From Bacilli bacterium (GTDB lineage Bacteria; Bacillota_I; Bacilli_A; ML615J-28; CAG-313): DNA of 64,000 nucleotides. Below the pieces are notes generated by a model. That model had not been told where the DNA came from, searched no databases, and saw only the letters and a program-made list of their open reading frames with translations. Position numbers and translations under genes: made by a program. Shown in pieces: positions 52,313 through 60,622 of this stretch (the first letter of the stretch is position 1; each line of letters opens with the position of its first letter). The stretch covers positions 174,258 through 238,257 of the forward strand of contig JAFQPO010000014.1 of assembly GCA_017411715.1 (NCBI GenBank), in the 5' to 3' direction.

Positions 52313-53167
52313 TTATTCTTGTTGTGTAATATCTATTTCATACAATACAGTTTCTAAATCATTTAAACTAAAACGATTAATATCGAAATTAAGCATAACA
52401 CTAGTTGATAAATCATCAATAACACCACTTGGTAAAACGCTTTTATCATTAAATGTCATATTCAAATAATCTACACCTAATTCATAATCATACAAATCAC
52501 TAACACTAGAAGTATCTAGTATTTTAGATACAATATAATCACAAACATCACTATTTAAATGAAAATACGTTGTCGCGATAGTTTGCGTTTCTGTTGTTTT
52601 AACAATAGTAGTTGCGGTTGCTTCATGTAAAAACATCGTTTCGTATGTAAAATTAATACCGATATCTTTAGTTAATTTTTTAAATGTGAAATCATTGAAA
52701 TTACTGATGACTTCATCATTTACTTTTAAAACGACTTCTTTTATGTCATGTTCACAAAATGTCCAAACAATTGCTTCGGCTGCTTTTCTACCAAATGAGG
52801 TTGTGATATCGCTAGTTGTGCTAATTGATAATACATTTTCTTCAATCTTATAATCTACTAAATTCGCTTTATTTGATAAAACTGATGAATATCCATCAGG
52901 TAATAATTCTTGATGCGTAGTAAGTAATTCCCATTTTTGTCTAATTTCATCTGACATTGTTAATTTAGAAGCATCTTCTTGACTAAGAGCTACTACTTGC
53001 CCGATTAATTTACCACTATCATTTAACGCAAAAACCTTCTCGGAATATACAATATTAATAATCTCATCATTATTACCAAGTGATCTTTTATAAATATAAC
53101 CTGGTAATAACACCGCTGTTAAAACTAAAACACCTAAAACTATTGATACTAAAATTTTCTTTTTCAT
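52313..53167 (-). CDS. Hypothetical secreted/membrane-anchored protein (N-terminal signal anchor, 284 aa)
   Basis: MKKKILVSIVLGVLVLTAVLL hydrophobic N-terminus; no catalytic motif recognised. Confidence 0.35.
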   Translation of the reverse strand: MKKKILVSIVLGVLVLTAVLLPGYIYKRSLGNNDEIINIVYSEKVFALNDSGKLIGQVVALSQEDASKLTMSDEIRQKWELLTTHQELLPDGYSSVLSNKANLVDYKIEENVLSISTTSDITTSFGRKAAEAIVWTFCEHDIKEVVLKVNDEVISNFNDFTFKKLTKDIGINFTYETMFLHEATATTIVKTTETQTIATTYFHLNSDVCDYIVSKILDTSSVSDLYDYELGVDYLNMTFNDKSVLPSGVIDDLSTSVMLNFDINRFSLNDLETVLYEIDITQQE

Positions 53168-53276
53168 AACCCACCTCTACCTAATTATATTAAAAAATTT
53201 AAAAAATATAACATTAAGTTTGCACTTTTAGATATTTTTTTAAACAAAAGTGGTATAATAGATATGAGGTGTTTTT

Positions 53277-54320
53277 ATGGAAACAAAAAATAGACATTTA
53301 AAAACAAATAAAACTAATAATGACTTAATATTTGAACCAAGTCAAGAAATTATTGACTTCAGAACAAATGGACAAATGTTATCATATGAAGTCAATAATG
53401 ATTATCAACAAAACAAAGATATCTATAAACTTAGAGAAAAAATTGCTTTAAGAAATAAAAAACGTATTGAACTAGAAAAAAAATATGGTTACATGACAGA
53501 TGAAGCCGTTAAGAAAAGATGGATTAAAGCTTTAATTGCGGTAATCGCTTACTTCTTCTTATCATTTATCTTTGTTTACGTTATCCAAATCGCTTTAATT
53601 TTTGGATATGCCTTATTACACAATGGTGATGCTGGTCTTACTGAAGATTCTCCACTTTATGCAAGCGCTATGGAATTCTATAATAGTATGACAAATATAA
53701 TCATCTATGTAATAGAACTAGCAGTAATCTTACCAATTTTATTTGGATTTGTAAAATATGACTTTAGTCGTATTTTTAGAACTACGAAAAGTACTCTAGT
53801 GGGAATCTTTACATCAATATTTAGTTTCCCAATCGTTATGGCTCCATACTTACTAGGTTTCTTTATTACATTCTTATTAGGCGGATCTGAAACTTCTGCT
53901 AACCAAGAAGCTATTGATAGTATGCTATTTGGTAAATATGGCGTAATACTAATGCTATTTGTCGCAGTTATCGGACCAATTGTGGAAGAATTAGTATTTA
54001 GAAAAGGACTACATACTCTATTATTCCCAAGAAAGAAAAACTTTGGATGGAAAATGTTACGCGCATTTATTGTTGCTTGTATTTTTGGATCTATCCATGT
54101 TGTAAGTGCAGTACTATTAAGCTTACTAAGTTTAGATTTTAGTGGAATGTTAGGTCATTTAGTTCAAGTATTCCCTTATATCGGTATGGGATTTGGATTT
54201 AGTTTCTTATATGAAATTAATGATGAAAATATTATCCCATCTACAATTGCTCATATTGGTTGGAACTCATTTTCTATTTCAACAATGTTATTACAAGTTT
54301 TATTAGAAAAATTTATGTAA
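53277..54320 (+). CDS. CPBP-family (CAAX/Abi) intramembrane metalloprotease
   Basis: EExxxR motif (GPIVEELVFRKGL), FxxxH (FGSIHV) and C-terminal H (IAHIGWN) in a polytopic membrane protein. Confidence 0.65.
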   Translation: METKNRHLKTNKTNNDLIFEPSQEIIDFRTNGQMLSYEVNNDYQQNKDIYKLREKIALRNKKRIELEKKYGYMTDEAVKKRWIKALIAVIAYFFLSFIFVYVIQIALIFGYALLHNGDAGLTEDSPLYASAMEFYNSMTNIIIYVIELAVILPILFGFVKYDFSRIFRTTKSTLVGIFTSIFSFPIVMAPYLLGFFITFLLGGSETSANQEAIDSMLFGKYGVILMLFVAVIGPIVEELVFRKGLHTLLFPRKKNFGWKMLRAFIVACIFGSIHVVSAVLLSLLSLDFSGMLGHLVQVFPYIGMGFGFSFLYEINDENIIPSTIAHIGWNSFSISTMLLQVLLEKFM

Positions 54321-54348
54321 AAAAGTCTGTTTTCAAAACAGACTTTTT
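54321..54348. terminator. Bidirectional terminator between CPBP gene (+) and hup (-)
   Basis: aaaa-agtctgtttt-c-aaaacagact-ttttt palindrome flanked by A and T runs. Confidence 0.75.
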
Positions 54349-54628
54349 ATTTACCCTGATTTAAATCATCTTTTAATTTTTTGCCCATCGAAAAGCTGAC
54401 TTTATTAGAACCTTTGATCATCATTCTTTCACCTGTTGCAGGGTTAACGCCAAAGTATTCTTTTTGATATACTTTCTCAAACGTTCCAAAATCAGATATC
54501 ATAACTTTACCATCTTCAATTAGGCCAAGTGCCATCAATTTGAAAGTTTCATTAACAATATCTTCAATTACTTGTTTTTGATAAGAACTATTTTCATAAA
54601 TAGCAGTTACAATATCTTTCTTTTTCAT
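54347..54628 (-). CDS. hup: DNA-binding protein HU
   Basis: 93-aa HU/IHF fold (DFGTFE...NPATGE...); adjacent to spoIVA as hbs in B. subtilis. Confidence 0.85.
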   Translation of the reverse strand: MKKKDIVTAIYENSSYQKQVIEDIVNETFKLMALGLIEDGKVMISDFGTFEKVYQKEYFGVNPATGERMMIKGSNKVSFSMGKKLKDDLNQGK

Positions 54629-54673
54629 ACTATCACCATAATTAGTATATCAAAAAAAATCAAACTTGTCAAA

Positions 54674-56152
54674 TTATAATATTATAGCAATTACTCCACC
54701 ACGACCATCATTAATTACTTTTGATAATGATTCTTTATATTTAAATTCAACATCACTAGGCACATTATAAACTTTAGCTTTAATACCATCAACCATTACA
54801 TCACTAAGTTTACGGCCAAAAATCTCACTATTCCAGATTTCTTCAATATCACTATCAAATTGATTATTCATATGATTAATTAAAGCTTGTGATTGTTCTT
54901 CTGTACCAATAATTGGTTCAAAAGTTGTCTCCACATCAACTCTTACCATATGAATAGCCGGTGCGGTTGCTTTTAATTTAATACCATATCGACCATTTTG
55001 TTTAATTAATTCAGGTTTATCTAAAACCATATCAGCTTGAGATGGTATTGCTAAGCCATAGCCTACTTCATTTAGTGATGCCATAGCCGGTTTAATCTTT
55101 TGATAATGAGTTTTAGCCTCTACCATTTCTTGGAGTAGATCGATAAATGAAGCTTTATCTGAAATATCAATCCCTGTAATTTCCAAAGTAACATCATTAT
55201 AAACACTTTCATCTACATCAAGTTCAAATGTAACAACTCCAGTTCCTGGATTAATATCACTGATTGCAACATTTTCGAATATATCGCAACTTGCTAAACT
55301 ATCTCTAACACTAAAAATATCTCGCATTTTACGATTACCATTAGTCGTAGAATCAATTAATTCATTAAATCTTGCTTTATAACTAACATTATCACTTAAA
55401 TTCTTAAACCAATCTGGTACTAAAATATTCATTTCTGCTATTTCAAACTCATCAAGAGCTTTTTCTAATATTTTATCTACTTCATTTGCGTCCATATTAG
55501 CAACATCGACCGCAATTACACTAACATTATACTTTTGGCTAAGTGACTCTACTAATTCATTTACTTCTAATGAATTAGGATTTTTTGTATTTAATAAAAT
55601 AATAAATGGTTTATTCAAAGTTACTAACTCTTCTATAACTTTAGCTTCAACTTCTTCATAATCACTACGTTCAAATTCTCCAAATGAACCATCACTAGTT
55701 ACCACAATCCCAATATTAGAATGTGATTCAATTACTTTCTTAGTACCAATTATAGCAGCTTCTTCAAAAGGTATTTCTTCTTGGAACCATGGAGTTTTAA
55801 CTAAACGATTACTACCATCTTCATTTAAATACCCACTTGCCTTAGGCATAACAAATCCAACACAATCAACTAGTCTAATTTGACAAGACACTGACTCGCC
55901 AACTTCAATTTTAAAATTGTTACTCGGAACAAACTTAGGTTCAACAGTCATTACCATTTTACCATCACCACTTAGTGGTAATTCATCCGCAATTTTTTGA
56001 TAAAATTCTTGATCTTCAATTAGTGGTAATACTTTTGCTTCCATGAAACGACGAATGAAAGTACTTTTACCACTTCTTACCGCACCAACAATACCTAGAT
56101 AAATCTCACCTTTAGTACGTAGTGCTACTTCTGATATTACATTATCACTCAT
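54674..56152 (-). CDS. spoIVA: Stage IV sporulation protein A (SpoIVA ATPase, spore coat basement layer)
   Basis: N-terminus aligns to B. subtilis SpoIVA (GEIYLGIVGAVRSGKSTFIRRFME... versus GDIYLGVVGAVRTGKSTFIKKFME...); 492 aa. Confidence 0.85.
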   Translation of the reverse strand: MSDNVISEVALRTKGEIYLGIVGAVRSGKSTFIRRFMEAKVLPLIEDQEFYQKIADELPLSGDGKMVMTVEPKFVPSNNFKIEVGESVSCQIRLVDCVGFVMPKASGYLNEDGSNRLVKTPWFQEEIPFEEAAIIGTKKVIESHSNIGIVVTSDGSFGEFERSDYEEVEAKVIEELVTLNKPFIILLNTKNPNSLEVNELVESLSQKYNVSVIAVDVANMDANEVDKILEKALDEFEIAEMNILVPDWFKNLSDNVSYKARFNELIDSTTNGNRKMRDIFSVRDSLASCDIFENVAISDINPGTGVVTFELDVDESVYNDVTLEITGIDISDKASFIDLLQEMVEAKTHYQKIKPAMASLNEVGYGLAIPSQADMVLDKPELIKQNGRYGIKLKATAPAIHMVRVDVETTFEPIIGTEEQSQALINHMNNQFDSDIEEIWNSEIFGRKLSDVMVDGIKAKVYNVPSDVEFKYKESLSKVINDGRGGVIAIIL

Positions 56153-56290
56153 ATAATCACTTAAACGTCCGAAGCCCTATTCGGGGGGATAACTTCATAA
56201 TGCGTTTTACTCTCTTTCGTCTTATTTTATCCCTAAACTATTGCTAGCTTAGTAAGTTATATGAGTAAATCAATTATTTTATTACAAAAA

Positions 56291-56312
56291 AAATAGAGGA
56301 TATTCCTCTATT
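56291..56312 (-). terminator. Rho-independent terminator after the UPF0374 gene
   Basis: a8-atagagga-tat-tcctctat-ttttt; U8 on the minus strand. Confidence 0.75.
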
Positions 56313-56313
56313 T

Positions 56314-56856
56314 TTAGTTAGTCTTTTTAGATACTTTTTGGCGATTTTGATTAGACGTATAAATTTTATAATCACGCATTACTGATTCATAGTTAAATGG
56401 ATCAATTCCTTCATCAATATGATTAAGTAAAACTTGAAGTTGACTTTCAACAATATTGATTAAGTCTTTTGAGTAATGATAGTCTACTTGATTAAATTCA
56501 AACTCATCACGGTCTAATATCAAGCGATCTCCACTAGGGAATAACTTAACATCTAATTCATAATCAATATACTTTAAACCTTCTGTATCTAGCACATAAG
56601 GTGAACTTAAATTACAATAGTAGTAAATTGAATCATTACGTAGCATACAAATGATATTAAACCAAAAGTTTTTATAAAAATAACATACTGCAGGTTCTTT
56701 AGTACGCCAACGGCGTCCATCTCCATCAATTACATTAGCACGATCATTAACCACTACTATCATATCATTCGTTTGTCTAACAATATGAGCATATTGCCAC
56801 ACTCGATGAAGGTCACCATTATGTTTATAACTAATAATCTCTATTTTGTTATTCAC
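56314..56856 (-). CDS. UPF0374/DUF402 family protein (FomD-like nucleoside diphosphatase fold)
   Basis: IISYKHNGDLHRVW, FWFNIICM, YYYCNLSSPY, LKYIDYELD strongly resemble staphylococcal/Bacillus UPF0374 proteins. Confidence 0.75.
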   Translation of the reverse strand: MNNKIEIISYKHNGDLHRVWQYAHIVRQTNDMIVVVNDRANVIDGDGRRWRTKEPAVCYFYKNFWFNIICMLRNDSIYYYCNLSSPYVLDTEGLKYIDYELDVKLFPSGDRLILDRDEFEFNQVDYHYSKDLINIVESQLQVLLNHIDEGIDPFNYESVMRDYKIYTSNQNRQKVSKKTN

Positions 56857-56910
56857 ATAATCCCTTCTTTCGGTATAATTTTTACATATTGTTATGATTA
56901 GATTATGATG

Positions 56911-57645
56911 TTATTTCTTATATTGATTAATTAAGTTAATTAATCTATCATACTCATTATTAAGTAATTCAACTAATAATGCTTTGAAAGGTTCCATAGT
57001 TTTTTCAACTTTGAAAGCTTCTAAGCTCGCAAAATAAGTTGTACGTACTTTAGTTTTACGAGAAATACTTACTGGTAAGAAACCATTAGCAATTAAGAAG
57101 TAATTCATCATTAAACGAGCAAGACGACCATTACCATCTAGGAATGGATGGATTTTTGCGATTTGTAAATGAGCATAACATACTTTGTCTAATACATCAC
57201 CTTGATAATTATTAATATCAAAGAAGAATTTGTTCATACGGTCATATACTTTAACGTAGTCACAAGGAATATGGCTAGATCCTTTGATTGTAATGTTAAC
57301 ATTACGATATAATCCACCTGGAATAATACCATTCATTAATAATTCATGAAGATCTTTTAAATAATCTTCAGTTAGGATAGGATTAGCTTCTGCTTTTTCT
57401 TTAACATCTTTATAAGCAAGGTAATGATTATAAACGCTGCGTACTAATGTTCCATCTCTTTTTACTGAGAAACCCATACCTTTAGTAATTGAAACAACTT
57501 CTTCAGTAGAAATTTCATAACCTTCGATACAAGCAGAGTTTCTTGTATAAACCCAAGCAAAGTTTTGATGGAATGCTTCTAACTCTTCAGCAGGTACAAA
57601 ATGTAAGTTTTCCGCTACATAAGCTTTTTTCTCTAATAAGTTCAT
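56911..57645 (-). CDS. Fic-family AMPylase-type protein with N-terminal inhibitory motif
   Basis: Canonical HPFLDGNGRLAR Fic motif; upstream SACIEG = [S/T]xxxE[G/N] alpha-inh; start moved to ATG 57645 (GAGGA SD 8 nt upstream). Confidence 0.8.
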   Translation of the reverse strand: MNLLEKKAYVAENLHFVPAEELEAFHQNFAWVYTRNSACIEGYEISTEEVVSITKGMGFSVKRDGTLVRSVYNHYLAYKDVKEKAEANPILTEDYLKDLHELLMNGIIPGGLYRNVNITIKGSSHIPCDYVKVYDRMNKFFFDINNYQGDVLDKVCYAHLQIAKIHPFLDGNGRLARLMMNYFLIANGFLPVSISRKTKVRTTYFASLEAFKVEKTMEPFKALLVELLNNEYDRLINLINQYKK

Positions 57646-57663
57646 AATCTTAATCCTCATTTC

Positions 57664-57702
57664 TATAACAATTATACATATATTCTATCACAAAATTAAA
57701 AA
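57664..57702 (-). promoter_or_regulatory. Putative sigma-A promoter of the Fic gene (extended -10)
   Basis: Minus strand TTAATT-17 bp-TGtATAAT (reverse complement of 57671-57678) about 20 nt upstream of the SD. Confidence 0.4.
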
Positions 57703-57721
57703 TATGTCATTAAATTGAATA

Positions 57722-57763
57722 TAAAAAAAGACAAGAAATTTAAAATCAACAAATTTTCTTGTC
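57722..57763 (-). terminator. Rho-independent terminator ending the sipW/TasA-like operon
   Basis: gacaagaaattt-aaaatcaac-aaattttcttgtc (12-bp stem, one bulge) immediately after the sipW-1 stop, followed on the minus strand by U7. Confidence 0.75.
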
Positions 57764-58387
57764 TTATTCTTTATTTTCAATTTGTTTTTTCAATTTTTCA
57801 AGTTCTTCTTCAAGACGTTTTACTTCAGAATTATCTTCTTTTTTCTCTTTTTTAGGGAAGAATGTTCGCCAATAAGGTATTAATACCGCAAGACCAACTA
57901 AGAAGATAAAGAAACAAATTCCCGTAGGTGAAGTAATAATATCTCTTAAAATACCAAATCCACTAAATTTAACATCAGTATATTTACCTAAAATATCATC
58001 ATGTAAAAACTCATAGTCTTCTTCTTCACCTGTAAAATCACCAGCTGTTTTTACCGCGTATAATTTTCCAGATTCATCATACAGCAATTTAGTAATACGA
58101 TGAGTAGTAACAGATTGACCACTTTCATCATAGGCTCTATCAATATAAGTTATGATATCTCCAACTTCTAAATTATCTGTATCCACTTTTCTTACGATTA
58201 TTAAATCTCCCACACTAAGGGTTGGAACCATACTACCTGTTTCAACATTAAATGCATAAAAACCCAACATCGATGGTGCTGGGTTTTTAAATACAAATTT
58301 TGATATCATAGCATAGCACACTAAAATAGTAAACAATCCAACAATTGAATACCAAATAATACTAAAAACCGTTTTAATCTTTTTCAT
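57764..58387 (-). CDS. sipW: Signal peptidase I, SipW (archaeal/ER) type, copy 1, with C-terminal TM + coiled-coil tail
   Basis: N-terminal signal anchor, catalytic GSMVPTL (SipW SGSMEP-type), conserved His; C-terminal TM then KRLEEELEKLKKQIENKE; start set at ATG 58387. Confidence 0.7.
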   Translation of the reverse strand: MKKIKTVFSIIWYSIVGLFTILVCYAMISKFVFKNPAPSMLGFYAFNVETGSMVPTLSVGDLIIVRKVDTDNLEVGDIITYIDRAYDESGQSVTTHRITKLLYDESGKLYAVKTAGDFTGEEEDYEFLHDDILGKYTDVKFSGFGILRDIITSPTGICFFIFLVGLAVLIPYWRTFFPKKEKKEDNSEVKRLEEELEKLKKQIENKE

Positions 58388-59828
58388 TAGGTGTGATCTC
58401 TTGAGCAGCAGTAATAGTAATTGACATACTATAGCCATTTACTCCAGTACGACCAATTTCAGTATCTTGTGCATCATCATACTCATACCATGTCCATTCA
58501 ACCATAAATTGAACTTTTGAGTTAGCTTCAATAATTATACCTTGTAAGCTTAAATCTTCGAGTTTAACATAGCCTGAGTCAACAGCGCCTTCACTATCAG
58601 TACCCTTAACATAAACGTTATTCATTCTTAATTTATAACGCATTGGAATACCATCTACATTAGTATGTGAGAATTTAATATCATAGCGGATTGGTAAGTC
58701 ATCATTATTTGATAAGAAGAATGTGTAAGCACCTTTTAATCCTGGCTTTAATAATGTTGATCCATCGTAATCAGGATTTCCAAACACATCGATATTTTCA
58801 TTTTGAGACCAAGAGATAGGATTACCTAGTTCATCAAATCTAGCATCAGTTACTTCAAAAACAGGATATTCAATTGGACGCTTATTATATTGATCTAAAA
58901 TAATACCTATTCCACAAAGCGATAATAGGAAAAGGAATAGAATACATAATACTAAGATAATTGGAAAACTCTTGTGTTGGTGTTCAGTTCTGACAACAGC
59001 AGCTGGAATTCCGTCATCATCTTTCCCATCTGAAACAATCCCATTTTCAATATAAGGATAAAACTCATTAAAATTAACTTCTTGATAATCAGGGTTCTTA
59101 GAAACTTTAATATCTTCCATTAAAACACTAATCATATCTAGTGTACGATCTAATTCTTGATCAGTACGAACATATAAATTAAGTGTTCCATTAGAAATAA
59201 GTATTTTATCAAGTTCACTAACAACTTTTTTCAAGCGTCGCATCTTAGTTTTAGATTTAAACTCTAAACTAACACATAATGTATGTGCAACAAATGACAT
59301 TTCAGCAACAACAACCCCATCAAGTGAGAATGTTTCATTCTTTAATGTCATATTAGATGTAACACCTTGATAACTTAATAACTCATTTTTAATAATTGAA
59401 TAATAATTCTTATAAAGAAGCTCATTTTGTCTTAATATATTTTCAAATGTACGTGGTAAGAAAACTGTTCTTACTAATGTCATATCAATTTTCTTATTCA
59501 TATTAGGAATAACATTAGGTTTAATATGACTATATTCTTCATCAAGTTCATTTAAAATATCAGCTTCACGTTTTTCTTTTAAAAGATCATACCCTTCAGC
59601 ATTATCAAATAGTTCACGTGATCCATGAGAAAGTGTTGGAACACCAGGTCTTGTAGGTTTAGGCGCAGTATCAACTGGTGCATTAGCTTTTAAAAACTCT
59701 TCATCAGTAAACACTTCAGCAACTAGTGGTGACTTAGGCGTTTTAATACTCTCAGAGCTATCAGATGAGCCTGTTACTTCACGATTAGATGTATGATGGG
59801 AAAGCTTAGGTTTCTTTTCATCAGCCAT
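58374..59828 (-). CDS. Type-II membrane protein: about 290-aa cytoplasmic N-domain, single TM, about 170-aa ectodomain paralogous to the adjacent TasA-like secreted protein
   Basis: TM FPIILVLCILFLFLLSLCGIGII at about aa 295-317; ectodomain motifs LKPG..T...N..D, KFSHT, EWTWYEYDDAQDTEIGRTG, AAQEI align with LAPG..T...N..D, FTFTHS, DWAWVDTLEQNTIDTKVG, AEQIE of the 217-aa neighbour; AGGAGG SD. Confidence 0.45.
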   Translation of the reverse strand: MADEKKPKLSHHTSNREVTGSSDSSESIKTPKSPLVAEVFTDEEFLKANAPVDTAPKPTRPGVPTLSHGSRELFDNAEGYDLLKEKREADILNELDEEYSHIKPNVIPNMNKKIDMTLVRTVFLPRTFENILRQNELLYKNYYSIIKNELLSYQGVTSNMTLKNETFSLDGVVVAEMSFVAHTLCVSLEFKSKTKMRRLKKVVSELDKILISNGTLNLYVRTDQELDRTLDMISVLMEDIKVSKNPDYQEVNFNEFYPYIENGIVSDGKDDDGIPAAVVRTEHQHKSFPIILVLCILFLFLLSLCGIGIILDQYNKRPIEYPVFEVTDARFDELGNPISWSQNENIDVFGNPDYDGSTLLKPGLKGAYTFFLSNNDDLPIRYDIKFSHTNVDGIPMRYKLRMNNVYVKGTDSEGAVDSGYVKLEDLSLQGIIIEANSKVQFMVEWTWYEYDDAQDTEIGRTGVNGYSMSITITAAQEITPNEKD

Positions 59829-59850
59829 AATGTTCCTCCTTTCTAATAAA

Positions 59851-59921
59851 AAATTTCAGTCCTTGATAAAAGATTCAAAACCTTAAATCCTTTAGCAAAG
59901 ACTGAAATAAAATTTCAGTCT
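59851..59921 (-). promoter_or_regulatory. Intercistronic alternative-hairpin element (direct repeat AAATTTCAGTC x2 + complementary GACTGAAAT) between the TasA-like gene and the anchored paralogue
   Basis: 59900-08 gactgaaat is the perfect complement of both 59912-20 and 59853-61 atttcagtc; a 9-bp/3-nt-loop hairpin directly after the TasA-like stop, or a long-range pairing ending 10 nt from the downstream SD. Confidence 0.5.
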
Positions 59922-59936
59922 AAAATTTCTAATTAA

Positions 59937-60554
59937 TTAAGCAAGAGTAGCTGGATCATCTTCAATTTGTTCAGCTAATAATTTGTATGCAACAGTCCAA
60001 GTAGCTTTATCAGCAAGTCTACCAACTTTAGTATCAATAGTATTTTGTTCTAGAGTATCTACCCAAGCCCAATCTAAAGTCAAAGTAATTACTGCACTTT
60101 CACCTTCTTTAAGTGTAAACTCTTTAAATTCATTTAAATCAGCTTTTGTAGAAGTTTCTGCTACATCTTCAGCATCAACAACTGTATCGATTGCATATTT
60201 GTAAGCGACAGGATTTTGTAATTCTAAGCTTGCATCGCCAACAAAGATTACATCAAATGAATGAGTGAAAGTAAATTTTAAAGTAACATCAGATTCGTTT
60301 TCAACAGTTAAAGTAATAGTTTCTCCATATCCAGGAGCTAGTTTAGTAGCTTCAAATTTAAATTCATCAGCAACAGATCCATTATTATCTGCAACATCAT
60401 TAACTGTCCAAGCATATTTTGCGGCTTGAATAGTTTGAGTACCAGCATCAATTTCACTTGTATATTTAGCATATGTAGAACCTACGAAAGTTAAACTTGC
60501 ACATACTAAAGCAAAAGTGAATAATCCAAATAATAATACACGATTTCTTTTCAT
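59937..60554 (-). CDS. Small secreted protein with SipW-cognate (TasA/CalY-class) signal peptide; putative TasA-like fibre/matrix subunit
   Basis: MKRNRVLLFGLFTFALVCASLTFVGSTYAKYTSE: basic N-region, hydrophobic core, G-S-T-Y-A-x-Y-x-S resembling the GGTWAAFND / GGTFAxFxD SipW-cognate motif; beta-rich about 170-aa mature part; flanked by two sipW genes; start moved to ATG 60554 (AAGGAGA SD). Confidence 0.45.
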   Translation of the reverse strand: MKRNRVLLFGLFTFALVCASLTFVGSTYAKYTSEIDAGTQTIQAAKYAWTVNDVADNNGSVADEFKFEATKLAPGYGETITLTVENESDVTLKFTFTHSFDVIFVGDASLELQNPVAYKYAIDTVVDAEDVAETSTKADLNEFKEFTLKEGESAVITLTLDWAWVDTLEQNTIDTKVGRLADKATWTVAYKLLAEQIEDDPATLA

Positions 60555-60622
60555 ATTTTTTCTTTCTCCTTTTTTATAACTATTATACATTGAATACTAT
60601 CGTCTTATTGTATATAATAGTT

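Noticed and set aside
56153-56313. GC-rich patch ccgaagccctattcggggggat as a possible tRNA or ncRNA fragment
   Set aside because: It is too short, has no cloverleaf arms and no D or T-loop consensus. It is better explained as a small 5'-UTR hairpin of spoIVA.
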